DNA of 38,106 nucleotides from a bacterium (GTDB lineage Bacteria; Patescibacteriota; Minisyncoccia; UBA6257; UBA9933): NCBI GenBank assembly GCA_021791445.1, contig JAJYWO010000014.1, positions 1 to 38,106 of the forward strand, read 5' to 3'. Shown piece by piece: positions 22,718 to 31,348 of this stretch (position 1 is its first letter; each line of letters starts with the position of its first letter). The notes under the pieces were generated by a model. It saw only the letters and a program-made list of their open reading frames with translations, ran no database searches and was not told where the DNA came from. The position numbers and the translations under genes were made by a program.

Positions 22718-24490
22718 CTACGGATTTGTTCCTCCTCCCGCTGACGGCGCCCGGCATTCCGTTAACTTCTGCCGCAGGCCGTTGTTAACCAATTGATTGG
22801 TATTCGGGTCAAGGATATTCTCGCCTTCCAATTGTTTTAACAAATCCGCTTCTTGCTGATTCGCGGCGGCGCGCGCCGAGCCGTCAACAATTTGCTGTTG
22901 CAAAGCAATGGTGTTATAAGTGTTCAGGAAATTATTGGCCGCGAAATTCGCCGCCGCCTTTTCAGCATCAGTCTGTGCCGAATTAATTTGGTCAATTACA
23001 GTTTCTGCTTCATTGATTTGCGACCGCAAACCGGCGATCTCCGCCGTAAGACTGTCAACTGTTGAAGACGCATTCGCGATATCCGCGGCTGTAACCAGTT
23101 GCCCGGTCGTTGAAGTGCAGTTATTCGCCTGAAGTTGCTGTAAAGTCGTTAAAATTTCCCTCGCGTAAACTACGGAATTTCCTTTTTTGGTTAAAAGATA
23201 AGTCCATTCGTTTTTAATCGGATTGATTAGATTAATCGCATCTCGTTTATCCTGCTGGAATTGCTGATTTGCCAATCCCGCGTATTCCGGCGGATAGTAT
23301 CTTGAAGGCGCCGCGCTTTCAGAACCAAACATTTCGGACAAGCCCTCTTTCATTAAACGATTAATAAGCGCATTCACCAAAGCCGACGTCCAAGATTGGA
23401 TATTGGCGGCCCAATCTTTATCGGAAGAAATAGCATCGCCAACAGCCTTGCCCACAATATCACCCGGTGTGGCATTAACCATATCGTTAGGGTCGCAATA
23501 ACCGCCACCTGTATCTTTCACAAAACCCTGTCGCTTAACACTTCCTTCTGTTGCGCATTTTTGTAAATCTTTTTCATATTCTTCCTGAGATTTATATTCT
23601 GAAACTGACGGTAAAGACCATTTACAATTATCAGCAACTTCTGTAAGTTGTTCTGGATCAATATTAGCCAGAGGATCTTTTGTTGTTCCTTTTTTACACT
23701 GTTTCACCCCTAAAAATCCCCTGCTCGCTATTGCTTCCTGACCGGCGGATTGCATGGCCTTCGCCTGCTTCCTGAGTATTTCGTCTTGTGTTAATATCGC
23801 CGCGCCGAAAAAATTATTCTGCAGTTCCCAGCTCGCCAAATAGCCTTCCCAGCCGCCGACCGAAAAATCAATATAAAAATTATTAATATTTTTAACAACT
23901 TTATCCAAAGTACAAGAAACTCTTTGACTGAATTTCGGCACCGGCATAAACGCCAGTTTTAATTGCAAGCCGAATGGGTCGCAAAGGCCGGCCAGGCCAA
24001 GATCCCGCGTCACGGAATCAAACGCGATATCGCCCACATCTTTCAAAAACCCGTTCCAATTAGTGATGAATTTCGGCTTGCCGCCGCCCTGAATCCATTT
24101 AACGGTCTGGTCAACGATATAATCCATAATGCGCTTGGCAATGACATCGCGAAGAGACCTGCCAATCACTTCCGAAGCTTTCCAAGCTTTATCTGCCGCG
24201 AATTTTACGGCATCCAACGCTAATGATATCGCCTGACAAATCGGATTAGCTACTGTACCTACTGCCGTACCAAAAATATTGGGAATGGCCGCGCAAACTG
24301 ACCCTCCGCCAGCAGCCGCCCCCTTGCCTCCGCCAGCAGCCGCCCCCTTGCTTTCTGTACTTCCCGCAGGAAGAGACCCCCCCGCCCCGGCGCCTTCTTC
24401 TGCTCTTATTCCTTTAATTGCCCCTAAATTACTTGCGCTAACTATTATTAAAATAAGAAATAAAATTATTATTTTTTTAGTCAAGTTCAT
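22718..24490 (-). CDS. Secreted Cys-containing protein with Gly/Ala-rich N-terminus and coiled-coil-like C-terminus; unknown function
   Basis: Signal peptide (IIILFLILIIVSASNLGA), a G/A low-complexity region, a central domain with multiple Cys residues, and a Q/A/N-rich helical C-terminal third. Confidence 0.55.
   Translation of the reverse strand: MNLTKKIIILFLILIIVSASNLGAIKGIRAEEGAGAGGSLPAGSTESKGAAAGGGKGAAAGGGSVCAAIPNIFGTAVGTVANPICQAISLALDAVKFAADKAWKASEVIGRSLRDVIAKRIMDYIVDQTVKWIQGGGKPKFITNWNGFLKDVGDIAFDSVTRDLGLAGLCDPFGLQLKLAFMPVPKFSQRVSCTLDKVVKNINNFYIDFSVGGWEGYLASWELQNNFFGAAILTQDEILRKQAKAMQSAGQEAIASRGFLGVKQCKKGTTKDPLANIDPEQLTEVADNCKWSLPSVSEYKSQEEYEKDLQKCATEGSVKRQGFVKDTGGGYCDPNDMVNATPGDIVGKAVGDAISSDKDWAANIQSWTSALVNALINRLMKEGLSEMFGSESAAPSRYYPPEYAGLANQQFQQDKRDAINLINPIKNEWTYLLTKKGNSVVYAREILTTLQQLQANNCTSTTGQLVTAADIANASSTVDSLTAEIAGLRSQINEAETVIDQINSAQTDAEKAAANFAANNFLNTYNTIALQQQIVDGSARAAANQQEADLLKQLEGENILDPNTNQLVNNGLRQKLTECRAPSAGGGTNP
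24303..24350. repeat. Perfect 24-nt tandem duplication (CCTCCGCCAGCAGCCGCCCCCTTG x2) encoding KGAAAGGG x2
   Basis: Read directly. Each unit contains the CTCCGCCAGC decamer that is also found in the palindromic elements. Confidence 0.9.
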
Positions 24491-25368
24491 TTTGAATTAA
24501 AAACTTTTAGCGTTGTTTCTTGAAAATACGCTTCTTGAATCGCCAATTCTTCACTAAGAAGGTCGGGGATTAGCTGGATAGATAAAGATGCTTTAATCGG
24601 ATCTTTGCTGTAATCCGCCATTCCCTGATAAATCATTTTTGATTTTTTCAAAAAAACAATATAACGCTTATGAAGGTCTAAATAAATGGACGGCGTTTTC
24701 ATATTGATAAAATCATTAATATATTTTGCATAAGTATTTACTATTGAATTAATCCCCGAAACATTCAGATTGTTGGAAAAATCTCCAATGGCTTTTTCGC
24801 GGTTTGCGACGTCATATTTCGCTTTTTCCAAAATAATCTGGCCAGCCTTCGCTAAATATTCTTTTCTCGCCTCTTTTGAATTATCCCGCGAAATATTCAA
24901 TTCGCTGTCGCTTACGGTCGGATTGAAAAGCGCCGCCGGGTTTTGAATACCCGCGATGGCTTTTTCAATAAATTCTTTGCTCGCCGGGTCGTTCGGGTCA
25001 ATGCTGAACGGGTCTTGGCCGCTTTGGTCCAAATTTTTCATCTGCGTAAAAGAAGATTTCGCCACGAATTCCGTCAAATTGATATTTTCAAAATCAATAT
25101 TCTCCGGCAGAGAAATTTTTTCCTCTTCGCTCGCGAACAGCGACTTCAATTCACCGGTCAAATTCCCGATACCGCTGTCCTTGATGGTTTTGCTCAGCCA
25201 TTTAATCGGATTCTGGGAAGCCGAACTCGTGGAATTTTCTTCCGTGAGCCCGTTTTTCGTTGAGTCGTATTTCGGCGCGGAATTTTTTAAAATCATATAA
25301 GACGCGATAATCCCCGCGCTTATAACAAAAACAATGGCTGCTATTTTGGTACGCTCCATATTAAACAA
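24487..25368 (-). CDS. Membrane-anchored extracytoplasmic protein, unknown function
   Basis: N-terminal TM segment (IAAIVFVISAGIIASYMIL). It overlaps the next gene by 4 nt. Confidence 0.5.
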   Translation of the reverse strand: MFNMERTKIAAIVFVISAGIIASYMILKNSAPKYDSTKNGLTEENSTSSASQNPIKWLSKTIKDSGIGNLTGELKSLFASEEEKISLPENIDFENINLTEFVAKSSFTQMKNLDQSGQDPFSIDPNDPASKEFIEKAIAGIQNPAALFNPTVSDSELNISRDNSKEARKEYLAKAGQIILEKAKYDVANREKAIGDFSNNLNVSGINSIVNTYAKYINDFINMKTPSIYLDLHKRYIVFLKKSKMIYQGMADYSKDPIKASLSIQLIPDLLSEELAIQEAYFQETTLKVFNSK

Positions 25369-25384
25369 ATTATATCATTTTCTT

Positions 25385-26221
25385 TTATGAAAACAATGTG
25401 GATAAGGCGATAATTTGTTCAACAGATAAATCCTGCGGCCGCGCGTTTTCTTTTATTCCCAGCCCCGCCAATTTTTCAACCAACTTCTCTTTTGTCATGT
25501 TTAAATTTTTAAATTTTGAAATGTTGTTTACCGCCGTCTTCCTCGGCTGCCTGAATAAAACCTTAATAAATTGATAATAATTATCCGCATTTTGCTTATT
25601 TTGTTCATTCCAACATTCTTGAGAATGTGAGAATGAACATTTCGGCGATAATTTTATTATAGCGCTGTCCACTTTCGGCGCCGGGCTGAAATCCTTTCGC
25701 GAAACATAGCCGATAATTTTCGGTTCCGCCCAAAACTGAACGCTGGCGGCTAAAAGATTCATTTTCGGCGGTTTAGCGCAAACCCTTTCCGCCACTTCTT
25801 TCTGAATAAGCAAAACAATTAAAAACGGCTTGCGCTCCAATTCGCCGATGATTCTAAATAAATAACCGGTTATGTAATAAGGAATATTCCCGACGATTTT
25901 TACATTTTTGAGATTTGAGATTTGAGATTTGATTTCTTTCAGCGCGTCGCCTTCTATAATTTCAACATTTTTATTGTCTTTAAATTTTTCTTTTAATTCA
26001 CTCGCCAATTCTTTATCCTTCTCAATCGCAATAATTTTACAATCCAATTCTTTGCATTTTTCAGCAAGCGGGAATGTCAAAGCGCCCCTTCCCGGTCCGA
26101 TTTCAACCACAACATCGCCCCGTTTCAATTCCAGTGCGTCAACGATTTTCCGCAATTTCGCCTTATTCTTCAAAAAATGTTGTCCGAGATGTTTTTTCGC
26201 GTATGTCATATTTTTTTCCAT
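25385..26221 (-). CDS. rsmA: 16S rRNA (adenine1518/1519-N6)-dimethyltransferase RsmA/KsgA
   Basis: KKHLGQHFL, VVEIGPGRGALT and VGNIPYYIT motifs. The start codon overlaps the stop of the giant upstream gene (TAATG). Confidence 0.9.
   Translation of the reverse strand: MEKNMTYAKKHLGQHFLKNKAKLRKIVDALELKRGDVVVEIGPGRGALTFPLAEKCKELDCKIIAIEKDKELASELKEKFKDNKNVEIIEGDALKEIKSQISNLKNVKIVGNIPYYITGYLFRIIGELERKPFLIVLLIQKEVAERVCAKPPKMNLLAASVQFWAEPKIIGYVSRKDFSPAPKVDSAIIKLSPKCSFSHSQECWNEQNKQNADNYYQFIKVLFRQPRKTAVNNISKFKNLNMTKEKLVEKLAGLGIKENARPQDLSVEQIIALSTLFS
25907..25931. repeat. Tandem heptamer TTGAGAT x3.6 inside rsmA
   Basis: Read directly. It encodes KSQISNLK on the coding strand. Confidence 0.9.
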
Positions 26222-29200
26222 TATAACGAAATCGCTGATAATATCTTGAAATAAACGTCTTTTATTGAATTTGTCGGAATTTCATTCCCTCCGCTATTTT
26301 TCGTTGCTTGGCCGTTTGAATAAGAATTTTCATCGCCAGAACCGTAAAAAGTCGATTGTGACTGATGTGTTATAAAGAATAACTTATAATACTTCTCCGG
26401 ATTAAAAGTAAAATTGTTTCTTACGGGAATAGTTACGGTATTTGAGTCAAGATAATAATCTGAACAAAGTGGACTTGGATAATTAATTTCTCCGGGACCC
26501 GGTCTGTTAGTGCAAAAAACCGCGTCATACAAAATATTTTCCGCATTTGAATAACTGGAATCGGCGTATTGGTATAAATAAACAGACAAATAATGTCCCG
26601 TCGGGCCGCTGAATTTTATCGCAATGGCGCCTAAATCCCCCGACAAATTATTGCCAACAGTTTGATAAAATTCTCCGTTGCCGGTGCCGACCTCCGAAAC
26701 CGAATAATCCGATTGCCCGGCTATTACAAATTGACTCAATAAAGAATAAGGGATAAAAATATCTTCACTTAAAGCCGTAAGAGTCGAAGTGCCGCTATCG
26801 GTAAAAGCTTGGATGGAAAATTTATATTTTCTGCCGACTTCGCTTATCGTAATTATTGTTGAAGTCGCGGAGGTGTTTATCTCCGGCAAAACCAACGTTG
26901 AGCTTGAAACCAAATAACTGCTGTCGGTGATTTTGTAAGTCAAGACCGGCGAATTTTCGTCAAAATATCTCGGTTTATCCCAAGTTAAAGAAAGTTCCAA
27001 TGTGTTGGTTGAATAACTCGCTCCAAAATTTTGCGCTACCGATTCCGCAACATTAACATCGGAAGAAATTTGAATCGGCTCTGAAGATTCTATTTTAAAA
27101 TATATGTCTTTAACCGACGAATCTGTTTCTGTTCCCCCGCCATTATCCCGCGCCGCTTCGCCATATTTATACGAGCCAGCGTCCGATGAACCGTAAAAAA
27201 CCGCTGTTGCCTGATAAGTAAAAAATTTAACTTTATAATATTTACTCGGATTAAAAATAAAATTCTGTTGAATAGGAATTGTATAGTTTTTATCAATATT
27301 ATATTGAAAACCGAAATTCGGACAATTATTTTCCGGTCCGAAACCGCCGGTTCGATAGCAAGTATTGGTGGAAACAAGAGTTAAATTGGAATAATCCGGA
27401 TTATCCGATTGCCAAAAAGCGGCTTCAAAATAATAAGCTGGGTTATTTGAACCGGAAAGAAATTTGGCGTGAAATGTTATATTTTCCGGCGAACCCAAGA
27501 GTCCGTTGCCGAGGTATTGATAAAATTGCCCGTTGCCGGTGCCTTGTTCCGAAAATGAATAATCTAATTGTTGGGCAATAATTAAAGTGGCATTAGGAAT
27601 GCTAACTGAAATAGTTGAAGTTGCCGAATTTAGTCCGTCATTATCAAATGCCTGAATGGAAAAATTATAAGTTTTTCCGAAATTATTTTCGCCGATTGAA
27701 AAAGAACGTGTTGTTGATGTTGTTTCCGTTGTCGGAAATGTGGAACTGGCGCTAATGTCGGTTATTCTGTAAGCGATGTTTGATCCGCCAGCTGGCGGAG
27801 TACCGCTGTAATCCTGCGAAGCGTTCCATGTTAAATCAATATTCATTGCGCTGGAATTATAGATCGCGCTGAAATTTTGCGGGGTTGTCGGCGCGGAACG
27901 CGGCTCCGGAAAATTTTGCGAATTTTGCGGATTGGGAGAATTGCGAGATTGCCAATCTGTTCCGCTGTCTGTATCGCAACCATTGCCGGAAAACTCGCTG
28001 CTATCATCAATGATAGCGCACTGATTATTCACAAGAGCTTTGCGTTCCAAACTTTGATTGGCCGCAATGTCCGCGGGATTATAATAAATCTCGTCAATAA
28101 TCGTATCATTTCCCATTAAATAAATAATTGAAGAAGTTGATGTGAATAAAGAATAAGAAGTCCGCGAAATATCGGCGGCCGCATTCGTACTGCTGCCGTA
28201 ATTATCAAGGCCAACCAAGAAAAAACTTTTCGCGGCAATAGTATGATTGCTTGAAAAATTAGAAAGAGAACTCGTAGCTGTTGTAAATTCTTTTCTTATT
28301 TTTAAAGAATAATTTTCTAAATTAACCAAAGCATCAGTCGGATTGTATAATTCCACAAAATCAAAATTGTTGCCAGTTTTGTCAGGATAAATTTCACTGA
28401 TAACAATGTGGGATATTGTTGAAGTTGCCGTAGAGGTTGCTGTTGACTCGGTTGAAGTCGCTGTTTCTGTGTTTGTCTGCGCGCAATTCACATTGGTCTG
28501 CGCTTCCGGACTCGGACAAGTTTGAATTTCAAAATCATTCGCATTATTGTCGGTATCCGCAAATTCATTGTTTTGAAAAATTCGCTGAATGCTTTGATTG
28601 TCCGCCGGGTTTGCCGCGCATGAACCTTCACAATCATTTGCCGTTCCCCAACCGACTTTATCAACAATTTCCGCGTTAGGATTTTTCAAAACCAATGTGT
28701 TATTATCGCTGATACCGTAATTTTCAGCGACATCATAAATAAAAGTTGAGGAAGAATGCGCGATTAAAAGATATCCCCTCGCGCTTATTGTTTTCCCACT
28801 GAACGAATCAGCAATCGCAAAACTTGTAAAACTTGTTCCATTGGTGGTTTTTTTCTGAATATACCAGTTCGTTAAATCAACACTCACATTATTGGGATTG
28901 TACAATTCCACAAACTCCTGATAAGCGCTGGATGTTGCGGCTAATTGAACCTCGCTGATTAAAATTTGCGGATAAATTATTGCTGCGCTTAAATTATCGG
29001 GACCACTGCTCCAACTTCCGGCAGACGAACCGCTATTACTGCCCACATAAACGCTTCCATTGCTCCCACCGCTTCCGCTGCCGGTATATTTAAAAACGAT
29101 TTTATTGTTTGTCGCTATTTTTTGAATTTGCTCCTCCTGTTCTTGCTGGATTATTTCCGTTGCTTTTTCTTCCACTTTTTGAGCTATCTGCTGAATTTCT

Positions 29201-30606
29201 TCTTTAACTTCCTTATTTGGTTTTGATGTTGTTTGCTGAGCTTCTTGAACTTGCCGCGTTTGCTGTTTAGCTATTTGGGGATTTTCAACAGCTTGAATTT
29301 TTGTCTCAACCAAAACGGCGGACTCTTTGTCTTCTGAAATATTTTTTTGAAAATTTTCCGCAATAATTTTATTCGCATCCGCGGAAAATTGCTGAGGTTG
29401 ATTAGAATCCTTATCAATGCCCAAAAAATTGTTTATTGAAGAAAAAATTTTATCGGCCGTTGATTCAACTTTGGCAAAAACGGATTGAACGGCATTCTTT
29501 ATCCGAGAACCTTCTCCGACTAAAGATATATTCGGCATTCTAAAATAATTAAAAGGAGATAAATCGATAACAAGCGGGTGTGGCGAATATTCTTTCTTAA
29601 ATTCGATGTCTTGGAAAAATCTATCAATCACACCCGCGCCGTTTAACACGGCTTGACGAGAAAGACGGTCAAAATAAGCATTAAGAATAGGATAATAAGG
29701 GGGTTCGGCTTTTTCTAATAAATAAAAAATTTCATAATTATTTTTTTCTCTATTCCATTGTTTATAAATAAAAACTAATGGAAATTCGTTTCCATTTTCA
29801 TCTTTTCCATACCCAAAATTCCCATCGTCTCTGATAATTTTCGGGTTCTGATATTTTGAATCATTGATTGTGTCTTTGGAAAAGAAATATTTATTGGAAT
29901 ACTCGGCTAAAAAAATTAGATACTCGTCAATTGTCGTTCTATTAATCGGCCTTAATTCTTGTTGGTAAAATTTTGAAGTGATATCTAAATTTTGGCGAGT
30001 ATATATTTTTAAATATTCCTCATAAGGCGAACCGTAATCGCCAGTCGCTTTTTCCAATTCGTGCGCGTGAGTGTCATTTCTGGTATGCTCCGGCACAGTA
30101 GCATCTTCTATAAGATGCAAAATATAACCTAAAATTTGATAAGCCTCTTTTTCATTACCCTTTATCATTTCCAAAATTCCCCGCTCCCAAGTTTTAGCGC
30201 CTTTATAAAATCTGTATTGCGCTTGCAATTCTTCATTATGAATCCAATTTAAAGAAGAAACCGGCGTAATGCCATAGGGCGCGACAAGATTTTGAGAAAC
30301 CAACCTAACCGTTTCTGTATCAAATTTACCGGTATGCTCTCCGCTCCAGCCGGATTTATTTATCGGGTCGTAAAAATGGTTTATCCACCTTGGCGGCGTA
30401 TCTTCTAAAATAGAACCTTGGATAATCCATTCTTTTTGTTGAGGAGTCAGTTTTTTATCGGGAAAAGATAAATTATAAAAATCAACAATCTCATCGGTCA
30501 GGGCCGGATGAGTGGTTTGGTCGTCATAAGCGTTAACGACATTAAAACTAAAAAATGAAAGAAGGGTAATTAAGACAATCTTGAAATTTAAATTGCCGTT
30601 TTGCAT
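26221..30606 (-). CDS. Giant secreted multidomain protein: zinc PLC / P1-nuclease-like domain, two lamin-tail domains (LTD), and two copies of a ~270-aa module
   Basis: Signal peptide. Then HFYDP (about 30363-30380) and H-x3-D-x3-P-x-H (HLIEDATVPEH, 30073-30120), which match the zinc ligand spacing of phospholipase C and S1/P1 nucleases. LTD signatures are ILISEVQL...EFVELYNPNNVSVDLTNWYI (about 28640-28975) and VISEIYPD...DFVELYNPTDALVNLENYSL (about 28075-28412). The duplicated C-terminal modules lie at about 27085-27880 and 26224-27040. Confidence 0.75.
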   Translation of the reverse strand: MQNGNLNFKIVLITLLSFFSFNVVNAYDDQTTHPALTDEIVDFYNLSFPDKKLTPQQKEWIIQGSILEDTPPRWINHFYDPINKSGWSGEHTGKFDTETVRLVSQNLVAPYGITPVSSLNWIHNEELQAQYRFYKGAKTWERGILEMIKGNEKEAYQILGYILHLIEDATVPEHTRNDTHAHELEKATGDYGSPYEEYLKIYTRQNLDITSKFYQQELRPINRTTIDEYLIFLAEYSNKYFFSKDTINDSKYQNPKIIRDDGNFGYGKDENGNEFPLVFIYKQWNREKNNYEIFYLLEKAEPPYYPILNAYFDRLSRQAVLNGAGVIDRFFQDIEFKKEYSPHPLVIDLSPFNYFRMPNISLVGEGSRIKNAVQSVFAKVESTADKIFSSINNFLGIDKDSNQPQQFSADANKIIAENFQKNISEDKESAVLVETKIQAVENPQIAKQQTRQVQEAQQTTSKPNKEVKEEIQQIAQKVEEKATEIIQQEQEEQIQKIATNNKIVFKYTGSGSGGSNGSVYVGSNSGSSAGSWSSGPDNLSAAIIYPQILISEVQLAATSSAYQEFVELYNPNNVSVDLTNWYIQKKTTNGTSFTSFAIADSFSGKTISARGYLLIAHSSSTFIYDVAENYGISDNNTLVLKNPNAEIVDKVGWGTANDCEGSCAANPADNQSIQRIFQNNEFADTDNNANDFEIQTCPSPEAQTNVNCAQTNTETATSTESTATSTATSTISHIVISEIYPDKTGNNFDFVELYNPTDALVNLENYSLKIRKEFTTATSSLSNFSSNHTIAAKSFFLVGLDNYGSSTNAAADISRTSYSLFTSTSSIIYLMGNDTIIDEIYYNPADIAANQSLERKALVNNQCAIIDDSSEFSGNGCDTDSGTDWQSRNSPNPQNSQNFPEPRSAPTTPQNFSAIYNSSAMNIDLTWNASQDYSGTPPAGGSNIAYRITDISASSTFPTTETTSTTRSFSIGENNFGKTYNFSIQAFDNDGLNSATSTISVSIPNATLIIAQQLDYSFSEQGTGNGQFYQYLGNGLLGSPENITFHAKFLSGSNNPAYYFEAAFWQSDNPDYSNLTLVSTNTCYRTGGFGPENNCPNFGFQYNIDKNYTIPIQQNFIFNPSKYYKVKFFTYQATAVFYGSSDAGSYKYGEAARDNGGGTETDSSVKDIYFKIESSEPIQISSDVNVAESVAQNFGASYSTNTLELSLTWDKPRYFDENSPVLTYKITDSSYLVSSSTLVLPEINTSATSTIITISEVGRKYKFSIQAFTDSGTSTLTALSEDIFIPYSLLSQFVIAGQSDYSVSEVGTGNGEFYQTVGNNLSGDLGAIAIKFSGPTGHYLSVYLYQYADSSYSNAENILYDAVFCTNRPGPGEINYPSPLCSDYYLDSNTVTIPVRNNFTFNPEKYYKLFFITHQSQSTFYGSGDENSYSNGQATKNSGGNEIPTNSIKDVYFKILSAISL
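27783..27800. repeat. Second copy (inverted) of the 18-nt palindromic element, ATCCGCCAGCTGGCGGAG
   Basis: Exact reverse complement of 2386-2403. It encodes PPAGG within the giant protein. Confidence 0.9.
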
Positions 30607-30629
30607 TTTGATTTTTGAATTTTAAATTA
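30602..30629. repeat. Four heptamers TGCATTT TGATTTT TGAATTT TAAATTA spanning the giant gene's start codon
   Basis: Read directly. The tract fills most of the 26-nt spacer upstream of the ATG at 30606. Confidence 0.75.
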
Positions 30630-30632
30630 TTT

Positions 30633-31193
30633 TTAGATTTCTATTATTTTCCAAATGCCGTTGGGATATTTTTTAAAACTAATTAAAACCACCCCATAAA
30701 TTGAAGCGGTGTCCATATTTTCTGAATATTGTGCTTCAATGTTCTTAGATTCTAAAAGTGGTTTTAAAAAAATGTCTATTTTATTAACTTCTGCTATTTT
30801 ATTTAATTCATTTTTCCATTCTTCCTGCCTATCCCCAATAAAATACTTGCTCGCCAATTCGTAATCGCCTTTTTCAACCGCTTCAATATACATCTGCAAA
30901 GTTTCCTGCGGGGTTTTGCCGCCATAAGTATCGGCCATGGCGGCTGCATAATCTTCTTGCTGCCATTTTTTTATTCCTTCTTCATAAGCCCTTGATTTTT
31001 TCATATCCTGCCAATATCTGTATTTTTGCCATCCCCAAACTCCGGCAACGTACAAAACTAAAATGCCGACGATTACCGCGCAAAATATCATCGCAAATCT
31101 CCAAAATTTATTTGCCCCGTAGCGTACTTGCTCCACTTCGGGACTTTTCAGCTTTTCAACACTTATTTGATTGTTTTGATTTTGATTTTCCAT
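30633..31193 (-). CDS. Membrane-anchored protein, unknown function
   Basis: A polar N-terminus, one TM segment (FAMIFCAVIVGILVLYVAGVWGW), and a soluble domain of about 120 aa. It is the first gene of the long minus-strand train. Confidence 0.5.
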   Translation of the reverse strand: MENQNQNNQISVEKLKSPEVEQVRYGANKFWRFAMIFCAVIVGILVLYVAGVWGWQKYRYWQDMKKSRAYEEGIKKWQQEDYAAAMADTYGGKTPQETLQMYIEAVEKGDYELASKYFIGDRQEEWKNELNKIAEVNKIDIFLKPLLESKNIEAQYSENMDTASIYGVVLISFKKYPNGIWKIIEI

Positions 31194-31325
31194 AATTTTA
31201 TAATTTTGTTATTTTTTTATCGCAAAATAAAAAGGGACGACTTAAATAAGCGCGCCCCCTCACTAGGCATAATTAAATTATAACCCCTCCCTCACCCCAC
31301 TATCAACTACACTCCTGTGAATAAC

Positions 31326-31348
31326 TGAAGGCCTCCGGGAGGCCTTCA
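31326..31348. repeat. REP-like palindrome, copy 1 (TGAAGGCCTCC-G-GGAGGCCTTCA)
   Basis: 11-bp arms. It contains the RAYT stop codon. Confidence 0.9.

Noticed and set aside
13016-25368. Reading the VirB4/VirB6/PrgI cluster as an integrated conjugative element or plasmid fragment
   Set aside because: No relaxase, integrase, replication or partition genes are present, and no flanking direct repeats are visible. The cluster is translationally coupled to rsmA and flanked by ndk and ribosomal genes. Data outside the window could still overturn this.
31270-31300. G-quadruplex in the GGGGTGAGGGAGGGG tract
   Set aside because: Only three closely spaced G-runs are present in the tract, so a canonical four-run intramolecular quadruplex is not supported.
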